Shown: positions 29,335 through 32,000 of the stretch, piece after piece
Position numbering within the stretch: the stretch's first letter is position 1
How the letters are laid out: every line of letters starts with the position of its first letter
Assembly (NCBI GenBank): GCA_000091165.1
Contig: FP565575.1
Coordinates: 1,080,001-1,112,000, forward strand
Length of the DNA: 32,000 nt
Direction: 5' to 3'
Origin: Candidatus Methylomirabilis oxygeniifera
GTDB lineage: Bacteria; Methylomirabilota; Methylomirabilia; Methylomirabilales; Methylomirabilaceae
The notes under the pieces: model-generated
What the model saw: only the letters and a program-made list of their open reading frames with translations
The model's database searches: none
Told to the model about the DNA's origin: nothing
Position numbers and translations under genes: made by a program

Positions 29335-29865
29335 CCAGTGGGGCTTCAGTGTCCGAACTGGTAGGCTACAGCCACTCTGATAGAATGGGCGTATGCAGAT
29401 TCGGCTGAGCGCCCCTGGAGCGTACCACCACCAGTACCACCTCGTGTGGATTCCCAAGTACCGGAAGCGGGTCCTCAAAGGGGACCTCAAGGACTTTCTC
29501 GCGAAGCGACTGGGTGAGATTCAGGAGTACCATCCGGACATCGAGGTGGAGCAGTTCAGTATCCAAGTGGACCACGTTCACCTGGTGGTGGTGATCCCGC
29601 CGCAGTACGCGGTGTTGGCGATCGTTGGGAAGATCAAGGCGAACACGAGTCGCGAGATCCGTCAGCGCTTCCCCTGGGTTGAGCAGGTCTACTGGCGGAA
29701 TGAGGTCTGGTCGGTCGGGTTCTTCTCGTCTACCGTCGGCATTGACGAGGCGGTCATCAAACGGTACGTCGAGTTTCAGGAGAAGATGGATACCGAGCAA
29801 TTCACGCTCCAATTAGATTTCGAGTTCTGATCTCCAATGCCACGGGCGTAAGCCCGTGGGTATCT
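29335..29865 (+). mobile_element. IS200/IS605-group element (TnpA only; ends approximate)
   Basis: HUH Y1 transposase followed by perfect hairpin CCACGGGC-GTAA-GCCCGTGG (29840-29859), typical subterminal right-end structure. Confidence 0.82.
29393..29830 (+). CDS. tnpA: IS200/IS605-type Y1 transposase TnpA
   Basis: AYHHQYHLVWIPKYRKRVL, HUH motif VDHVHLVVVIPP, catalytic-region IKRYVEFQE. Confidence 0.95.
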   Translation: MQIRLSAPGAYHHQYHLVWIPKYRKRVLKGDLKDFLAKRLGEIQEYHPDIEVEQFSIQVDHVHLVVVIPPQYAVLAIVGKIKANTSREIRQRFPWVEQVYWRNEVWSVGFFSSTVGIDEAVIKRYVEFQEKMDTEQFTLQLDFEF

Positions 29866-29987
29866 ACTCCCGCGATCTCTGACTCCGCGTCCGTGAAATC
29901 ACACAGATCTGGCAGCGGCGGCAACCAACCTGTACCCACAGTCTGGCCTATCTCCAGAATCTCTACTGGTTTGTACGTCGCATACAT
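29802..29987 (-). CDS. Small ORF, apparently chimeric after IS insertion (native N-terminus MYATYKPVEILEIGQTVGTGWLPPLPDLCDFTDAESEIAG...)
   Basis: SD-like AAAGGAG upstream of ATG at 29987; the C-terminal part is read from the IS right end and overlaps tnpA. Confidence 0.5.
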   Translation of the reverse strand: MYATYKPVEILEIGQTVGTGWLPPLPDLCDFTDAESEIAGVDTHGLTPVALEIRTRNLIGA

Positions 29988-30112
29988 TGTGTAATTCTCC
30001 TTTTCAATGAAGTGCTGTTCGCTTTGATCCAACCTACAACCAACATGTCTCAGCCCCAATATGGGCTTTCCCCGACCACCTCCCTTCTGAGGCAAGAACA
30101 CCCCGCATCAAA

Positions 30113-30141
30113 CCTCCGTGGGTGGCCTCGCCACCCACGGA
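30113..30141 (-). terminator. Strong hairpin downstream of the calpain-like gene
   Basis: Perfect 13-bp stem CTCCGTGGGTGGC/GCCACCCACGGAG with a 3-nt loop; no clear U-tract, so could be terminator, processing or RNA-stability element. Confidence 0.5.
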
Positions 30142-30173
30142 GTCTTCGTATTCTCATCAATACTCCGGGATGT

Positions 30174-31346
30174 TCAGCTCGCCCAGCCGAACTGCCAGTA
30201 GTATTTTTTGAAGGTGTCCACAGGAATCGCAAACACGCCGCCGGAATTCAACGGAACGCTTCGCCAGAAGCTCTGATCGTACGCCGACCAGTTACCTGCG
30301 AGACTGTTGATAACAGGGCCGTTGTGTCCCCAGGGATTGCGGAGTACGATGTACCTGATGTTGTTCACGAACGCCCAACCGAGGATCGTGTATGCATGGT
30401 AACCAACGATGCCCGTGCCGGTGTAGTCCACCGGCGCAGGAGTGACACAAAAGGTCCAGGCAGTCATCGGGTTTATCGTACGATACGAGAGGCAGTTGGA
30501 GCGCACGCTGCTCCAGACTTGGTCGGCTGTAAGGGCGGAGCATGTCTTCGTGACGCCGGCTAAGTTCGTCAACTCCGTGGTCGCCTGAACTGGCCAACCT
30601 CCTGAGATCGGCCCATAGTTTGGCTCGTCAGTGGTATCGTTGGTCTTCCACTTGGCGAAGGCCTTCTCGTACACAGCCGGCCAAATCTCGCCTGCTTCTG
30701 CGGAACGTGCGTATATCCACGCATGGGTGCCCTTCACGAGCGGTACGCGCTCGGTCACCTCCATTGACTTCGTTCCGTTGGAATAGAAGTCGATACGATC
30801 GAGGAAGTCTTGTTGGTTGGTGCCGGTAGCGCGTTGGCGCAAGGCGATCACATACGGTCGCGACCACGCCACCGCGGAGAGCGCGGCGATGAAGTAACAG
30901 TCGCCAAGTCCGCCCTGAACGGGATCGAGAAACTCAGCGCCCTCCTCGAAGTAATCCCCGGGATCGGCCCACTCGGATCCGGGAGGAGTATACTGGGGTC
31001 CCTCACCTTTCTCCGCGCCTGCCAGCGCTGCGATTATACGCGCCTGCGCCTCCGGAGAGAGTTTCGCAAGCATCGTTTCTACCGGACCAGCCTTGGCGTG
31101 CGATCGGAACGCTACGTTTCTATCGGCCTTCCTCTCGTGGATGTCAGCGAGGACCTTGTGAGAGTCCGCTGCGCCACTGAGCATCAGGTTGCCTGCCACT
31201 GGTGCACACAGCTTGTCGATCGACACGCCGAGTGTCTTCTCGACAAAAGCCTCATGATCTGTAATCGACTTCCAATTCACCCTGCGACCAACTGCCAGTT
31301 CCGCCAGGGCGTACGGATTTGCCAGACCAACTCTCGACTCGTTCAT
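30174..31346 (-). CDS. Calpain-like C2 family cysteine peptidase
   Basis: Cys region DPVQGGLGDCYFIAALSAVAW, His region GIVGYHAYTILGWA, Asn region IVLRNPWG; SD AAAGGAG before ATG. Confidence 0.9.
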   Translation of the reverse strand: MNESRVGLANPYALAELAVGRRVNWKSITDHEAFVEKTLGVSIDKLCAPVAGNLMLSGAADSHKVLADIHERKADRNVAFRSHAKAGPVETMLAKLSPEAQARIIAALAGAEKGEGPQYTPPGSEWADPGDYFEEGAEFLDPVQGGLGDCYFIAALSAVAWSRPYVIALRQRATGTNQQDFLDRIDFYSNGTKSMEVTERVPLVKGTHAWIYARSAEAGEIWPAVYEKAFAKWKTNDTTDEPNYGPISGGWPVQATTELTNLAGVTKTCSALTADQVWSSVRSNCLSYRTINPMTAWTFCVTPAPVDYTGTGIVGYHAYTILGWAFVNNIRYIVLRNPWGHNGPVINSLAGNWSAYDQSFWRSVPLNSGGVFAIPVDTFKKYYWQFGWAS

Positions 31347-31420
31347 TTGTCTACTCCTTTTATACGTTCTTGTTTCGATACACTCTTGCTTGCGTACTTC
31401 TCTTCACTGCGATTAATCAT
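31343..31420 (-). CDS. Short ORF (25 aa) translationally overlapping the calpain-like gene
   Basis: MINRSEEKYASKSVSKQERIKGVDK, TGA overlaps the peptidase start in ATGA. Confidence 0.35.
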   Translation of the reverse strand: MINRSEEKYASKSVSKQERIKGVDK

Positions 31421-31469
31421 TTCAATTACGTCCCTCTGCACCTCCTTTCTGTCTGCCGCCCAACTGCAA

Positions 31470-31601
31470 TTAGACAGACCGGCTTAATCTGTTTAAGGCC
31501 GGCGGGCTCGCCGTTTTTATCTCGCAAAGACTTGCTCTACCCGAAAACTCTATCGCCACGGCGCTGCGGGGGTTTTTCGGCAATGTGGCCACCTTCTCCA
31601 T
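31470..31601 (-). CDS. Small ORF (43 aa) at the head of the calpain-like locus
   Basis: MEKVATLPKNPRSAVAIEFSGRASLCEIKTASPPALNRLSRSV with SD AAAGGAGG ~9 nt upstream of ATG; lies downstream of the sigma-54-like promoter. Confidence 0.5.
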   Translation of the reverse strand: MEKVATLPKNPRSAVAIEFSGRASLCEIKTASPPALNRLSRSV

Positions 31602-31674
31602 CTTCATCACCTCCTTTGATCGAGATAAGGTCAAGTTTTCCTTCCGGCCTGCCTCTCCCAACAACTGTCCTTCG

Positions 31675-31834
31675 TAACAAGCGGCATGCCAACACCAAAC
31701 GCTCACAACATATCTCTCTAACTCTGCGTATTGATTGACTATATGGTGAGGTCGGGTCGAAAGCAGAAGAGGATCAGATGTCCGAGGTCAGTTTCAAATG
31801 AAATGGGCTGTTTCAGTCGGTTTCACGCTGAAAC
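31675..31834 (-). promoter_or_regulatory. Duplicated upstream region, copy 2: sigma-54-like promoter and palindromic upstream sites
   Basis: Minus strand TTGGCATGCCGCTTGTT at 31676-31692; TTTCAAATGAAA (31792-31803), GTTTCACGCTGAAAC (31820-31834). Confidence 0.6.
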
Positions 31835-32000
31835 ATTAATGGCCCGTAACGGTCGCCAGCAGATCTGTGAGGGGTCTATCCGCAGGAAGAGAGGCAAAAG
31901 CACTATTGGATCACCGCGCGGCTTTCCACCGATGGCGGACCCCAAGTAGTTCAGTTTCGATCTGCCTGACGGTGGTCATGTCCAGGAAGGTAGGTTGGAG

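Noticed and set aside
1-32000. CRISPR array or tandem repeat locus
   Set aside because: No regularly spaced direct repeats seen; the repeats found are isolated palindromes or a two-copy duplication.

Overview
The window is densely coded and most genes lie on the minus strand. Gene content is compatible with an environmental methanotroph-type bacterium such as an NC10 relative, but that is inference and no taxonomic marker was tested. Left to right: 3' part of a B12/radical-SAM hopanoid C-3 methylase (HpnR-like); an unknown membrane protein; a SRPBCC-like protein; a DASS/SLC13 anion transporter; three small exported proteins; an integrase fragment plus dnaE2 3'-end fragment; a GH44 glycosidase with PKD and FN3-like domains; rubrerythrin; a DUF4258-like toxin with a possible truncated partner; an IS481-type insertion sequence; a second integrase fragment; the SOS mutagenesis set dnaE2-imuB-imuA, then a DUF5131 (Gp37/Gp68) protein and lexA; a sigma-54 activator and a frame-disrupted GAF histidine kinase; a lipoprotein/small ORF/patatin operon; an orphan histidine kinase; an IS200/IS605 TnpA element; and a calpain-like (C2) peptidase with small ORFs. 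Most notable: (1) an 18-bp motif (16/18 identical) upstream of both lexA and imuA, a candidate SOS operator; (2) a ~160-bp region duplicated at exactly 2508 bp spacing upstream of the orphan kinase and of the calpain-like locus, with a sigma-54-like -24/-12 element and palindromic upstream sites in both copies; (3) a diverged duplication of the dnaE2-end/integrase-fragment junction flanking a ~6.3-kb accessory block, with a similar hairpin beyond each integrase fragment; (4) several short inverted-repeat insertions, one in frame in imuB, one at the frame disruption of the histidine kinase, one in the lexA leader. No CRISPR array, rRNA or tRNA was recognised. All comparisons were made by eye.
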